DNA of 64,000 bases, taken from the IMG/VR virus record IMGVR_UViG_3300029733_000185. The stretch is one strand, 5' to 3'. The position numbers were made by a program, and so were the translations under genes. This document shows, one piece after another, positions 47,052 to 58,154 of the stretch (its first letter is position 1; each line of letters begins with the position of its first letter). The notes under the pieces were generated by a model. That model saw nothing but the letters and a program-made list of their open reading frames with translations. It was not told the DNA's origin and did not search any database. Source of the stretch: a virus. Its lineage: Duplodnaviria; Heunggongvirae; Uroviricota; Caudoviricetes.

Positions 47052-47224
47052 CGTAGCATCCGACGCTTCATTGGAATCTTCTAACTCCCTAAATGGTTTA
47101 TAATTTCAAACAACAAAGGAGCGTCTCTGTGTATGAAAATTATAGCACATTTGCTTTCCACGGCAAAATATAATATACTGCAAAACAAACTAAAAAGGAC
47201 TGTCCTCTCGGACAGCCTTTTTTT

Positions 47225-47518
47225 CTACTTTAACGTTACGCCTCGTAATTCGTGATCCGGATATTTAGCCGTATCTTCGGTGTAGTTATTTGCAGTATAT
47301 TCTTCACTCCAACCGGACGCTTCCGGTTGAGTAGTTAAATCGACATCAGAGTCAGATTTATGTGCAAACAAAATGCCCAAAATAACGGATACGATACAGA
47401 TCACGATAATCACAACGACGATGATTTTATTCTTCCGTTTATCGCCTTTCGGCTGATCCACAACATCATCCGCGTCTGCGTCAATGATGCTGCGGTCTTT
47501 TTTCTCTTTTTGTTTCAT
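47225..47518 (-). CDS. small membrane protein
   Basis: start MKQKEKKD with GGAGGG RBS; acidic N-terminus, one TM. Confidence 0.45.
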   Translation of the reverse strand: MKQKEKKDRSIIDADADDVVDQPKGDKRKNKIIVVVIIVICIVSVILGILFAHKSDSDVDLTTQPEASGWSEEYTANNYTEDTAKYPDHELRGVTLK

Positions 47519-47561
47519 AATACCCTCCACAGGGGCGCTAAATGCGCCCCTGTCTTTGTTT

Positions 47562-50500
47562 TTACCACGGAGAAGTCTCACGTGTCTTGAAGTCGTCAAA
47601 CAGGCTTCCGTTGATCTTTACGGCGTTTGAATCACCAACATAGCTTAACATACCACTTGGCGTCCAGCAATCAGCAACACGAACCTGGATCTTGTAGTCC
47701 GTATCGTTTGGATACCATACCGGGACATGGTGCAGTGAACGTGCGCTGCTGTCCTCATCCTCATATTCCATAAACTTAAACCAATATGGGTTTTCGTTCG
47801 TGTTGGCACCAGTAGGACGCAATGATGCATAAGGTCCAAAATACTTTCTGTCAGTTGGAACCGATTTGAGTCCATACATCGCATACAACGCCGAGTATTT
47901 ACCATTGATTGTCTGGTAATTGTACTCTGGATAATATGCCAATGCAGATTGCGCGTTTACGCAACTATCATCTGGTAAAACAGGATCCGTCTTACGCTGT
48001 GGCGTTAAGTCCGCTGTTACTCGACTCTCAAGACTGTAACCGCTTTTGGTTTCCCAGTAATTCTCGTCGTTATTGTTTTCGACTTTTTTGCTTGGGTTCT
48101 GAGCACTGCCTGCACCGGTAGATGCCAGAGGTTTTAACAGATTCTCTTGGAAGCCAAGTCTTGCTGTGTAAGTATGCAGTTTAAACACTCCATTTTCGCA
48201 GGTGTATTCCTGCCATGAAGTCGTGTTCGCATACGGCTTGTCATTTGTCGGGTCTTTATAAGAATATCCATCTCCACCATTCAGGTTATAACCTTCATAA
48301 TTTGTGAAACTGGTATCGTCAAGATCGTTTAGCTGCACAAGGTTTTTGTCTTGCAGCCCTGAGTCGCAATACACAAACTGTCCATTCCCCTCGTCATTAT
48401 AACGTACCTGAACCCACGGTACGACACCATAGAACTTGTATCCCAATGATTCATAAGAGTCGTCAATTGAACTAACAGCAGGCGTTCTAACAGTATAATA
48501 AATCAGATTGTTCTTTGCAGCCGGTACTACAGCGGTTCTGGCGGCGTACTGACAGTTGTATCGACCAATCAATTTCTTATCGTATTTGACTTCCACATTT
48601 TCAATGGCTTCATACTGCCACTCTCCTGTGTTTAAATTATACAATTTGGCATACAGACCACCGGTCGCATTCAAAGCATTTTGATCGGTAAAGTTTTTCG
48701 TGCTGTGGTTATCCACTATAAAGGACGTTACAACATCCGTGCCATATGAATACTTTGCATTTGGATATTGGAATTTAACATCCACGGGCAGATACTTTTC
48801 ATTGACATAACAACCGACATTGTAAGTAGCACCTTTACTTCCGTCTGTCGGAACACCGCCAAACAAACCGATGTGCTTTTTTTCTGAATCTTTATGTCCT
48901 GGTGCTTCATAGCACAATTGATACTTTAAATTTGCTGTACCACTTGGTCCACACCCGAACCACATTGTTGATGGCTCTGAATAATACGCTGTCATAGAAT
49001 CCAAAAGCTCTTTCGGGAAGTAATAGCTAAATACAAACGGGAAATCTTCTTTGTTATAGTAAGAAGAAAGCTTTGTGTTTGCTTGTACTCCGCTTGAAAT
49101 AGCAAATCCCATATTTTCAATTTGCTCTTCTGGACTTAATGCAAAGACCTCTCCAAACTGCGCTGCCCAAGAGTTTTCATCGATCGTATCGCGATTTGTT
49201 TCCGGTCCGTACAGCATTTTCGCAAACTCTAATTCCGTCATAGTGTCGGAGCTAACATTTTTCTCTTTTACAGCACTGTCTGGGATTGCATACGGCAATA
49301 GATCCACCTGTCTCTTTAATGGGTCAATCGGATCCGTAGAGCCACCAGCGGCTTCATATGCTTCTTTTGACAGATAGGTGTTGACGACTATGCCAGCCGT
49401 ACACTCAACGTCAAATGAATGGTCTGCAGTAATATTTTCAAAGGTATAGCTACCACCACTCCAGTACTTATAAACGTCGCTGACTGTCTTTTCAGTGTCG
49501 AGTCCTTTATCAATCACAATCTTATTTACCATAAATCCGTCATTTGGCGTAAACTCAATGGTTTTTGTTTCGCCATACTGTATTTCGGTAATTGTATCTG
49601 TAATTGTGCCGTTTGTAATACTGGTAGTAATTGTAAACGCAGGCACACAAACCACCTCAATAGACTTATCACCTACAAGCATTTGCAATAAGTCAACACG
49701 ATATTCTTGCTTATTTGCATCCCAATTCCAAATCAACGGACGAGTTGGGGTAGCCTTGCCACCTTGTGTAACCTTCTTTCCGTCAATCAAGACGGTATCA
49801 ACACGATAGCCTGGATCTGGTTTGAACGTAACAATACCATATGCCTTTGCTTGACTATAGTTACCATAGCGCAATCCCGTTACCGTATCAGAAATCGTTC
49901 CGTGTTGAATGCTGGTCGTGATTTTACAAGTATTCAAATCCATTTCAGCAGTATAATGTTCAGTTCCCTCATATTGCAACAATGGAGCTCCTTGTATATC
50001 GCTTTTGAATTTAAATACCAGGTTTGCAGTTGCATTACCTACATTCCCATTATAATTGGTTGACGTTTTTCTGCCATACAAACCAAACAAACGACGCTCA
50101 TCTTCTTGAATCGAAGATTCAATACTTGACAATATCCGCACGCTCATTTTATAAGGGTGCGTGCTTACAGGATAACGAGAGTCAGAACCATCATTTTTTT
50201 CAATTTTATAACCAGTATAGAAAAAATTCGATTTTCCAAACCCTTCGTTTGTTCCAGCAGCGCCACCACACCAAGTATAGGAATAACCGTCATTGTCTTT
50301 TAATACATCTCCATTTTCAAGTGTAATAGGTGTCGTGTAATTTGGACGTGCATCCCACTGATTTAACCTTGTTAATGGAAGCTCAGTATCATCATTTGAC
50401 TCCCCAAGCGTATGAAGCGTATTGCCTAATGTAACCTTATTTCCTTTGTTTGCACCGGCTGTGACAACCGTATTCTGTAATTTGTTAATATTATCGACTT

Positions 50501-53500
50501 TTTGCTTTAACCGGTCAGATTGGAATTCGTATGCGCTTATACCAACAAAATCGCTTGGGCGAACACCGGTTTTAGTAAGCATTTCAAATGGATTTACAAC
50601 AATGTCTGGATTTTCTTTTAAGCTGTTTTTGATATTATACTTTGTTGCGGCATCAGTTGCGTATATATCAATCGTTGTTGTAGAACAAAGCACCTTCAGA
50701 ATAACAATAAATGAACCATCGCGAGGCAGATTGTGCAACTTAAAATCACTTAACATATTATATAACGCATCAGAAGATATAGTAGTATCCGAATTTCCAA
50801 AGTAAAAGACTTCTGAATTCTCGTAATCAATATCCTTACCCCGGTATGTCACATCATCCGGAGACTGCGGATAAAGAGACTTTAAAGCGGTATATTTAAT
50901 AAAAGCGTCATCGTCATCCTCGTGAATAGCGTTATATGCATTATCTGGTATATTTCCTAATGGATAATACTCCAAGGCGAAGCCATATGCGTTCAAGCCT
51001 TCCATACCTTGTTGTAATTGATTCACATAATCTTTATCATCAAAGCTTGTCACTGTACACGATTGACCGAGCGAAAGGTACTTGGCAGACTTCTTAACCG
51101 CAGTACCGTCTACGCTAATTGGCAAACCATTCGACGTTACTGCGTAGAATTCACCGTATACTGATGATGCATCCACGAAGTTCAGCAAAATATTATTTCC
51201 GTTTTTAAAAGGCATTTTAGACACATCAGACAAGCTTTCAAAGGCTGCACTGCTTTCTCGTCCTATTTCTGCCTTTAAATCAGAAACGGGTGTATAGCCA
51301 GACAAAGATTTTACAGTAGCGCTCAAATCTTCGTTGTCAGATTTTGAAAAATCGTCGCACAAAACATTGTAATACAAGTCTTCGCTTGATTTTACAGTTA
51401 CAGAAATCCGATATTTTTTAATCAACTTAAAGTTTGATTTAGCTTTGCTGAACGCAGTTGTGTAAAAGCTGATACCCTTTGTTAACAAGCCGGCATTGTC
51501 ATCAGAATTCAAATTCCAGCCGTTGGCAAATTCTGTGACCTGCATAGCATTGTTGGACTCTTTTTCAGCTTTATAATCATCATAGCTAACAGAAAAATCA
51601 AACTCCGACTTCGTTTTTTCATCACGATATTGATAAGTCTTATTGTAATTTAATACTCTTGGAAGATCAGCTGCCGTTGGCTTGGTGTCGCGGCCATTGA
51701 TTAACATTTCGACAGCATTTGCCGTATCTGCCATAAGATTTGTGTCTGCCGTCTTGCCGACATCTCTCAGATTCACAGAAGTGTAAGGAGTGAATTTTCC
51801 GGAATTATTTTTTGTATAAAATCGAATGGTTGGCTCTGCATTTTTAAAAAACGAAAGCCCATCGTAAGACTTCATATCAATGGCGTCAAAATACATTGTA
51901 ATGGTTTGTTCATGCAATTTATCTGACTTCAGATAATAATCGGCCTTTGCATATTTTCCTGTATATGTAACCTTTTGAGACGGCTCATCAAACCATACGG
52001 AGCTTTTTTTGTTTTCCCAAACATTGACTGCTTTCCCATTTTGAATAAATGAAAAATCAAAACGATAGTTGCCAGGTTCCTTAGGATAGTACGCATAATT
52101 AAAATACACAGAACCATCATTTCCTAAAGACATATCTTTACTAACATCGATTTCTTTATCCAATTCTACAGCCTGATATTCACCTGTTTCGTCCTGCTTA
52201 TACACACTCAGCGACAATTTCTCGATCGGCGAATTACCATCTTCATCCGGATTTAAATTCATGGAATTAAGATGCGTATGCACACGCAAATCCACATAAG
52301 CCGCACTGTACAAATCAACTTCTGTTAGATAATTTTTCCCGATAACCGATTTTTGACCTGTAACCTTCGCGCCTGCAAAAGCCTTCAAAGATGAAACAAC
52401 CGTCTTTTCCTCGACCGTCTCAAAAGGCTTACCAACCTGTGCGTCAGCGTTATTAACGGCATCGTATGAGTAATAACTTAGTTTAACAGATTGATAATCC
52501 TGAATATTCTTATCGTCTTGTCCCACTCTAAAATCATGATCAGGAAGAATCAAAAATTTATAAGAATCAGCATCACCTTTAAACTCGACCATTCCGTTTT
52601 CATCGGTCTTGTACACCTTTACGTCTGGATCAGAATTTGGCTCACCGCAAACAGAACAATACAAGTCAGAATATTTGTTGTAGACGTAAAATGTACTCGC
52701 ATGGTTGAATATATTGTTTTCATCTAACCAGTCCAGTACCTCACCACATGCCGGGCATTTGATTGCACCCAAAGAACAATGTTCACCGCAAACGCTACAC
52801 TCACGATAAGAACACCCAGCGCAAACCCATTTTAAATCTTCCGGGTTTTCTGATTTTGCAAAGTCATCAAACTTATCGTTTGAAAGTACCAAAATTGAAG
52901 CGTTTTGTGCGGGCTTGCGTGTGCCGTCTGAAGAATCATAAATAACCAACCGGTTAAATTGGTCTCCGACATAACACTCTGCATCATATTCTCTTACTTG
53001 TCCTGTATATCGTATGCCACCGCCGGTCACTTCATCTTGATAATAATATCGATCAGTTGTGTTGTCACGAATAACAAAGTAATAGTAATAACCGACTTGC
53101 AGTTCGCTACTTTCCAGTCTCACCTGTGCATAAGACGGATAAAGTACAGTAGAGCACTGCGTTGTGCCTGGTGCTTGTAAGGTGCCACACTCATAGCACT
53201 GCCATCTCTTTGCTTGATCTTTGCACAGCCACTTCGTGCTGTTTCCGATTTTTACTTCATAAAATGTTTTTACAATCAGATCTTCTGGCGCTACTTCTAC
53301 AGAAGAACTACATAGATTGATAGGCATCGCAGATAAAAAGCCGTCACTGCTCATTTGATATGGAGTCGTTTTGTGAATAATTTTGTTGCTTTTTTGTAAC
53401 GCTTCAACATTATTTCCTTCAACCCAGTGACCGCCCGGGCAATATACAAAGGATTTTGATTTACCAGTGTATTCATAGCCAGCAACACCATACTGCTTAC

Positions 53501-56500
53501 CAGTGCATCTCTCCGGGTATTGAGGATTATTGAGTGTGTTTGGCGTTGCGGTCGTCAATTTATCGGTTACATCCTTTACGTACTCCACATCATACATTGA
53601 ACCTTGACAAGTCAGCGTAGAGTTAGAATGGCCACAGGTAGAGCACTTCCAAGTCTTGGACGAAGCCGTTTGTTGCATATAGGTATTTGTGCATGTTTCT
53701 CCATCGCATTCAAAACCACTATTTGTAGTTCCGCACTTTGAACATTGCCATGCTTCCGGAACAACCCAAAACTCAGGGACACTTCCCTGGTCGTCGATAG
53801 ATTTACCGCAGTCTGGACAAATAGAAGCATTCTCTACGATACTACCGCATGAGCACTTCCAAGCATAGTCGTTTTGAGCCGTCAAATAATCAGTGAAATT
53901 TGAACCACACTTTTCATTGATGTTGTTGAACAATTCATCCGCATTGACCGGCAGCGAAGAAAGTGACTTGGATCGATACAAAAGCAGCTGAGAACCGGTT
54001 TTAAGCAGATTTAAAGCCCCAACAGCTTCGTCTCCGCGAGCAAACAAATTATACTCAATACCGCCTTCACCATCGCCCTTAGGCATATAATACAGATACA
54101 CATTCAGAGTGCCGTGCATTTCATCAACAGTAAAATCAGGCTCCGCTGCTACTTCTTTATGTTGGTAGTTACCAAACACATCTATGTAACCATAAGCACC
54201 AACATAATCGCATGTGCTTCCACCATATTCTACAGATTCTTTGAAATATGGAACGTTTTCTGTAGTCGTTGTTGTATTGCCGTCAGCGTCCGTCTGTTCA
54301 ACGGTATCTTCATAATAACCGCCTTTAAATGTAAACGCTTTAGCTGCGTCCCAATCCAGAACCTTCGATGACACAATAGCGTTGTCTTCATAGATAGAAG
54401 AACTATTGTAATCAAAGCTGTCTGTCAATGCCACATAGTTCAGAATGACTTTAGAATCACTGACCGGAGCAAATGTAACATGGATATCAGAAGCCTTCAA
54501 AGATGCAACATTCGTGTTGAAGGACATTTTATAGAACTGCTCACTGTTTTGTGGATAAAGTGTTCTGGAACCAACAGGGCTGCCGTCTTTATTTACTGCA
54601 CCATCGTCTACAACAATGCTCACAATCTTAAAGCCAGTTGATTTTGGAATCGAAACCGTAACTACCTTGCCCAATGAGTTATTGTCCGTTACATACATAT
54701 CTGTTTCCACAGAATTTTCGTATTCAGTTGAAGCTCCGGCCTGCCCGGAAGGCTTAATCGCCTTGTTGCTCCCCTCTTGAAGCGTCCAGTTATCTGATAC
54801 GCTTACCCATTTGGAGATTTTCTTTTGTGCCTCATCTGCAGCTTCTTTTGCATCAGCCGCAGCTGCCACCGCCTGATCATCACTTGGATCAATTGTTACA
54901 TCTTTATAATTGGACTCATAATAATTGATGGCATTTAGCAAATCATCAATTCCGGACAAAGAACCGGCTGCTGAAATATTGTTTTGCAGCTGCCACTGCG
55001 CATAATAGGTTACTTCACCTTCAGCAGGCGTCTTGATCGTCGTTACCTGATCTTTAGCATAATCATAGTTATCTGCCGTAGCGCCCCAGCCCTTGAATGT
55101 CCTGTTCAGATCTTCCAAATCGCCGTTCAGCCCGGCTATTGCAGCTGTGCCCGTACAATCATGCCCCTTTACTGAAGGCGCATTGATCGTCTGTCCAACG
55201 TTAGCAGTTGTTGAACTGATCGTTGCACCACACAGCGCACAAGCGAAGTTTACCGTAGACTGCAGCGTGAATGTGTACTTTGCATAATACACTGTCACTT
55301 TAGCACTTGGCATTGTAATGTCATTGCCGACAGTCAATGAAGCATTATCCGACTTATCATTCACCGTATAATCAGGATTTGTTCCCCAATAGCTGAATGC
55401 AATTTTATAATCACTCAGCGGATGACCTTTGTATTGCAAATTACTTAAATTGCTGGAGTCATTATGAGACTCGCCTGCAGGCACAGGACCCTGTGTTGAG
55501 CCTGGTGCACCACGCAGCAGCGCAATCTCATTTTCATCAATGGAACACTTAAATAAAACTTTGTTTTCATTCGTCAACTTGAGGGTGTACTTTGCATAAT
55601 ACTTTTGCGTGCTGCTTGGCACAGTTGTTTGAGAACCGGCCTTATGGTTGCTCAACACGCTCAAGCTATCGTTCAGTGTGCCGGTAGCCAGCTTATCATT
55701 TGCATTGCTGTCTTGCCCCCAACCTTGGAATGTGATTGAATAATCTCCAACATCAATGGTCTTGCCATTGTATGTAATCTTTCCACCGTTGACAGAGCAC
55801 ACATGTTTTGAACCGGTTGGGATAGTGTACTTTTCTCCGGCGTAATGTTCTCTGTCATTTTTACTGGTTGAAGTATCATACAGTTGTGCTCCGCACAAAC
55901 CGCAGTAATACACTGCTCTGCCCTTTGCGTTCTCTTTCTTATCCAGGCACATCCAGAATGTGGTATCGCCATAAATCTTTTTCTGACTTGGCGTCGGATT
56001 GGTCATTTTTGAGCCATTCTTTGACGCGCTCCAATGTTTATAGCTATAAGTATATTTGTAGTTGTTGTGCTTTTGAGGATGCGTCTTTTCTTGGTCGTTG
56101 AAGTAGCTTCCGGAAACTGTCTCACCATGTGCCACAGCAATCATCTTTAAGGTCGCTCCATCTTCAGAACATTTTAAATAAGCCTTATGTGCCACGGTCT
56201 TTAGATTAAACAGCACACGCACGGTATCATAACGACCACCACAGATATAGCCCTTAACACCGGCAGTTTTATCTTTGCCCTGGAAATACGTTGCTTTGTT
56301 ATAAATATCAGGTGCATTCATATGCCAAGCCAAATTGACAGACACATTGGACCGGCGGGATGTGTAGAATGTCAGCTTATTACCGCTCACTTCTACCTTC
56401 ATAAACGGTTCTGCAGGTTTTGTTTTCAGCTTAGCGGAGCTTACTGGAACATAGCCATAATAGCTGCTATCCTTTTTTTGCTTGTTACCAAAATACACGC

Positions 56501-57713
56501 AATAATATTTACCGTTTCTTGTCTTTCCAAGAATTGTAACTCCAGATTTCTGTCCATTTTTGGTAGTTACCAAGCCAGGGCGCACTGCGCTGTTCACATC
56601 ACAAATCACCTTAGACTGTGTAGTTGCTTGCGAATAGACTTTAACATCACCGGTAAAAGTGGTGGTAAATACTGAGCCATCACTGTTTCGAATAGGAAGC
56701 ACAATCTTATTTGGATCATACTTGCCATACTCAGTACCCAAAAACTTTTTGGAAACATAGTAAGTAGATTCATAACGCTTTTTGCTGTCATTCCATGCCA
56801 TCTGTGTATAATCATTACTACCCAGATCGCTGAAGTTACGCCATTGACTTCCACTCTTATACTGGAACTGCTGCCCATTCATCTGCATCTCGGCAGCTTC
56901 CAAAATTTCGTTATAGTAATCAGGACAATCTTTTACATTATTGAAATACTTATTCTTTACAGTGTAATAGAAGTCATGCCAATAATAACGATAAGAAGCG
57001 TCAATGCTCTTGCTGTAAGATCCTACGATATCCTGACTGCGCTCTTTATGCTTAGCATTAGCCTTATACGATTTAGAACGCACATCCGTCCACTTCGTAT
57101 CATTGCCAAAGCCAACACGCTTGCCCTCATCCAGCTCCCACAGAATACACTGTGTAGCAATAAAATACAGCTGCTCACGATAAAACTGATCACCGGAGTT
57201 AGTGGTGAATTGTTTAAAACCGTTGAGGAGGACATAATAAATTCTCCGCGCCCTCTTTTCTGGAAGTTTAATACCGTCACTTTTTGCAGCATTAATAAAA
57301 TCAGTAATCTTGTTTGGATCTACATTGATTGTCGTTACCGCACTGGCTCCGCTCTCATCACTGGTATAACCGTAAGATCTGGAAAGACGGAAAATCGGCA
57401 CTTCATCTTTTCCAGCATTCTTTTCACTGCCGGACAAATCTGATGAAACATACTTTCTCAGAAGATTGGTCGTACCAGCACCGGCTTTGTTCCCGGCAAT
57501 TTCTCTACTGTATTCCGGAATGCGAATTTTACCATTCTCATTCTTACCATAGTTGTAGTTCCAGGCAACTTTGTATTTCTTACCATTGGAAATGGTAATC
57601 TGCCCAGATGCTACGTTGGCAAATGCCTGAATGGCTCCGACCGGAAATGTTGTAAAGAACATTAGCAATGCCAAGAACACAGATAAAATTCTTTTTGGAA
57701 TAGATTTTTTCAT
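47562..57713 (-). CDS. giant secreted protein (3383 aa) with Listeria-Bacteroides-type repeats and multiple CxxC zinc-ribbon motifs
   Basis: signal peptide MKKSIPKRILSVFLALLMFFTTFPVGAIQAFA; repeats with FKGWG...YYAQW signature; at least 8 CxxC...CxxC clusters; no LPXTG. Confidence 0.85.
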   Translation of the reverse strand: MKKSIPKRILSVFLALLMFFTTFPVGAIQAFANVASGQITISNGKKYKVAWNYNYGKNENGKIRIPEYSREIAGNKAGAGTTNLLRKYVSSDLSGSEKNAGKDEVPIFRLSRSYGYTSDESGASAVTTINVDPNKITDFINAAKSDGIKLPEKRARRIYYVLLNGFKQFTTNSGDQFYREQLYFIATQCILWELDEGKRVGFGNDTKWTDVRSKSYKANAKHKERSQDIVGSYSKSIDASYRYYWHDFYYTVKNKYFNNVKDCPDYYNEILEAAEMQMNGQQFQYKSGSQWRNFSDLGSNDYTQMAWNDSKKRYESTYYVSKKFLGTEYGKYDPNKIVLPIRNSDGSVFTTTFTGDVKVYSQATTQSKVICDVNSAVRPGLVTTKNGQKSGVTILGKTRNGKYYCVYFGNKQKKDSSYYGYVPVSSAKLKTKPAEPFMKVEVSGNKLTFYTSRRSNVSVNLAWHMNAPDIYNKATYFQGKDKTAGVKGYICGGRYDTVRVLFNLKTVAHKAYLKCSEDGATLKMIAVAHGETVSGSYFNDQEKTHPQKHNNYKYTYSYKHWSASKNGSKMTNPTPSQKKIYGDTTFWMCLDKKENAKGRAVYYCGLCGAQLYDTSTSKNDREHYAGEKYTIPTGSKHVCSVNGGKITYNGKTIDVGDYSITFQGWGQDSNANDKLATGTLNDSLSVLSNHKAGSQTTVPSSTQKYYAKYTLKLTNENKVLFKCSIDENEIALLRGAPGSTQGPVPAGESHNDSSNLSNLQYKGHPLSDYKIAFSYWGTNPDYTVNDKSDNASLTVGNDITMPSAKVTVYYAKYTFTLQSTVNFACALCGATISSTTANVGQTINAPSVKGHDCTGTAAIAGLNGDLEDLNRTFKGWGATADNYDYAKDQVTTIKTPAEGEVTYYAQWQLQNNISAAGSLSGIDDLLNAINYYESNYKDVTIDPSDDQAVAAAADAKEAADEAQKKISKWVSVSDNWTLQEGSNKAIKPSGQAGASTEYENSVETDMYVTDNNSLGKVVTVSIPKSTGFKIVSIVVDDGAVNKDGSPVGSRTLYPQNSEQFYKMSFNTNVASLKASDIHVTFAPVSDSKVILNYVALTDSFDYNSSSIYEDNAIVSSKVLDWDAAKAFTFKGGYYEDTVEQTDADGNTTTTTENVPYFKESVEYGGSTCDYVGAYGYIDVFGNYQHKEVAAEPDFTVDEMHGTLNVYLYYMPKGDGEGGIEYNLFARGDEAVGALNLLKTGSQLLLYRSKSLSSLPVNADELFNNINEKCGSNFTDYLTAQNDYAWKCSCGSIVENASICPDCGKSIDDQGSVPEFWVVPEAWQCSKCGTTNSGFECDGETCTNTYMQQTASSKTWKCSTCGHSNSTLTCQGSMYDVEYVKDVTDKLTTATPNTLNNPQYPERCTGKQYGVAGYEYTGKSKSFVYCPGGHWVEGNNVEALQKSNKIIHKTTPYQMSSDGFLSAMPINLCSSSVEVAPEDLIVKTFYEVKIGNSTKWLCKDQAKRWQCYECGTLQAPGTTQCSTVLYPSYAQVRLESSELQVGYYYYFVIRDNTTDRYYYQDEVTGGGIRYTGQVREYDAECYVGDQFNRLVIYDSSDGTRKPAQNASILVLSNDKFDDFAKSENPEDLKWVCAGCSYRECSVCGEHCSLGAIKCPACGEVLDWLDENNIFNHASTFYVYNKYSDLYCSVCGEPNSDPDVKVYKTDENGMVEFKGDADSYKFLILPDHDFRVGQDDKNIQDYQSVKLSYYSYDAVNNADAQVGKPFETVEEKTVVSSLKAFAGAKVTGQKSVIGKNYLTEVDLYSAAYVDLRVHTHLNSMNLNPDEDGNSPIEKLSLSVYKQDETGEYQAVELDKEIDVSKDMSLGNDGSVYFNYAYYPKEPGNYRFDFSFIQNGKAVNVWENKKSSVWFDEPSQKVTYTGKYAKADYYLKSDKLHEQTITMYFDAIDMKSYDGLSFFKNAEPTIRFYTKNNSGKFTPYTSVNLRDVGKTADTNLMADTANAVEMLINGRDTKPTAADLPRVLNYNKTYQYRDEKTKSEFDFSVSYDDYKAEKESNNAMQVTEFANGWNLNSDDNAGLLTKGISFYTTAFSKAKSNFKLIKKYRISVTVKSSEDLYYNVLCDDFSKSDNEDLSATVKSLSGYTPVSDLKAEIGRESSAAFESLSDVSKMPFKNGNNILLNFVDASSVYGEFYAVTSNGLPISVDGTAVKKSAKYLSLGQSCTVTSFDDKDYVNQLQQGMEGLNAYGFALEYYPLGNIPDNAYNAIHEDDDDAFIKYTALKSLYPQSPDDVTYRGKDIDYENSEVFYFGNSDTTISSDALYNMLSDFKLHNLPRDGSFIVILKVLCSTTTIDIYATDAATKYNIKNSLKENPDIVVNPFEMLTKTGVRPSDFVGISAYEFQSDRLKQKVDNINKLQNTVVTAGANKGNKVTLGNTLHTLGESNDDTELPLTRLNQWDARPNYTTPITLENGDVLKDNDGYSYTWCGGAAGTNEGFGKSNFFYTGYKIEKNDGSDSRYPVSTHPYKMSVRILSSIESSIQEDERRLFGLYGRKTSTNYNGNVGNATANLVFKFKSDIQGAPLLQYEGTEHYTAEMDLNTCKITTSIQHGTISDTVTGLRYGNYSQAKAYGIVTFKPDPGYRVDTVLIDGKKVTQGGKATPTRPLIWNWDANKQEYRVDLLQMLVGDKSIEVVCVPAFTITTSITNGTITDTITEIQYGETKTIEFTPNDGFMVNKIVIDKGLDTEKTVSDVYKYWSGGSYTFENITADHSFDVECTAGIVVNTYLSKEAYEAAGGSTDPIDPLKRQVDLLPYAIPDSAVKEKNVSSDTMTELEFAKMLYGPETNRDTIDENSWAAQFGEVFALSPEEQIENMGFAISSGVQANTKLSSYYNKEDFPFVFSYYFPKELLDSMTAYYSEPSTMWFGCGPSGTANLKYQLCYEAPGHKDSEKKHIGLFGGVPTDGSKGATYNVGCYVNEKYLPVDVKFQYPNAKYSYGTDVVTSFIVDNHSTKNFTDQNALNATGGLYAKLYNLNTGEWQYEAIENVEVKYDKKLIGRYNCQYAARTAVVPAAKNNLIYYTVRTPAVSSIDDSYESLGYKFYGVVPWVQVRYNDEGNGQFVYCDSGLQDKNLVQLNDLDDTSFTNYEGYNLNGGDGYSYKDPTNDKPYANTTSWQEYTCENGVFKLHTYTARLGFQENLLKPLASTGAGSAQNPSKKVENNNDENYWETKSGYSLESRVTADLTPQRKTDPVLPDDSCVNAQSALAYYPEYNYQTINGKYSALYAMYGLKSVPTDRKYFGPYASLRPTGANTNENPYWFKFMEYEDEDSSARSLHHVPVWYPNDTDYKIQVRVADCWTPSGMLSYVGDSNAVKINGSLFDDFKTRETSPW

Positions 57714-57807
57714 TGGACTTCCCCCTTACGGATAAAAAATAGATTGAATGTGAAAAAAGAAAAGGAACACCCTTGGTGCTCCTTTCAAAAAAAAATTCAT
57801 ATATAGA

Positions 57808-57821
57808 GAATTATAACACAC
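57808..57821 (-). promoter_or_regulatory. extended -10 promoter upstream of giant gene
   Basis: TGTGTTATAATT on minus strand; followed by hairpin AAAGGAGCACC..GGTGTTCCTTTT plus U-run at 57740-57775. Confidence 0.5.
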
Positions 57822-58154
57822 TCTCCACAAAAAGGAAAACAGCGCAAGCATAATGCTTGCGCTGCAAGTTACTTAAAACAGCGTTGATTCTACATATGCA
57901 ACTCCGTGCTAATTAAGAAACACGCATTCAAACAATCTTAATACTTAATAAAAGCGCATCTCTGCAATGCATTTTTCAACCGCGGAAATTGATGCCGACC
58001 TTCTCTTTTCAAACATAAGCCTTTCTTTATACCCTTCTGTTGATAAGATATTTCTTTCACCTTTCCGAGGAGATAATTTGATTTTTTGATCAGTATATAC
58101 TCTCTTTTTGTTTACCATAATTACACCAAACATATTATTATTGTTAAGAAGAAA

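Noticed and set aside
47527-47555. Hairpin ACAGGGGCGC..GCGCCCCTGT right after the giant gene stop, considered as its terminator
   Set aside because: On the minus strand it is followed by GGAGGGTATT ATG, the RBS and start of the next gene, rather than a U-tract. It is more likely a 5' leader or translation-coupling structure than a terminator.
882-57443. Numerous 60-170 aa ORFs embedded within or antisense to large, well-supported genes (e.g. 1022..1477+, 6211..6729+, 8561..8932+, 12417..12875-, 56844..57443+)
   Set aside because: They sit fully inside long ORFs with recognisable domains. Their translations are Leu/Phe/Ile-rich, as expected from AT-rich antisense frames, and they have no RBS.
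57945-58133. 62-aa basic ORF between the giant gene promoter and the next operon
   Set aside because: No RBS. It lies within the AT-rich promoter and leader region and was left unannotated.
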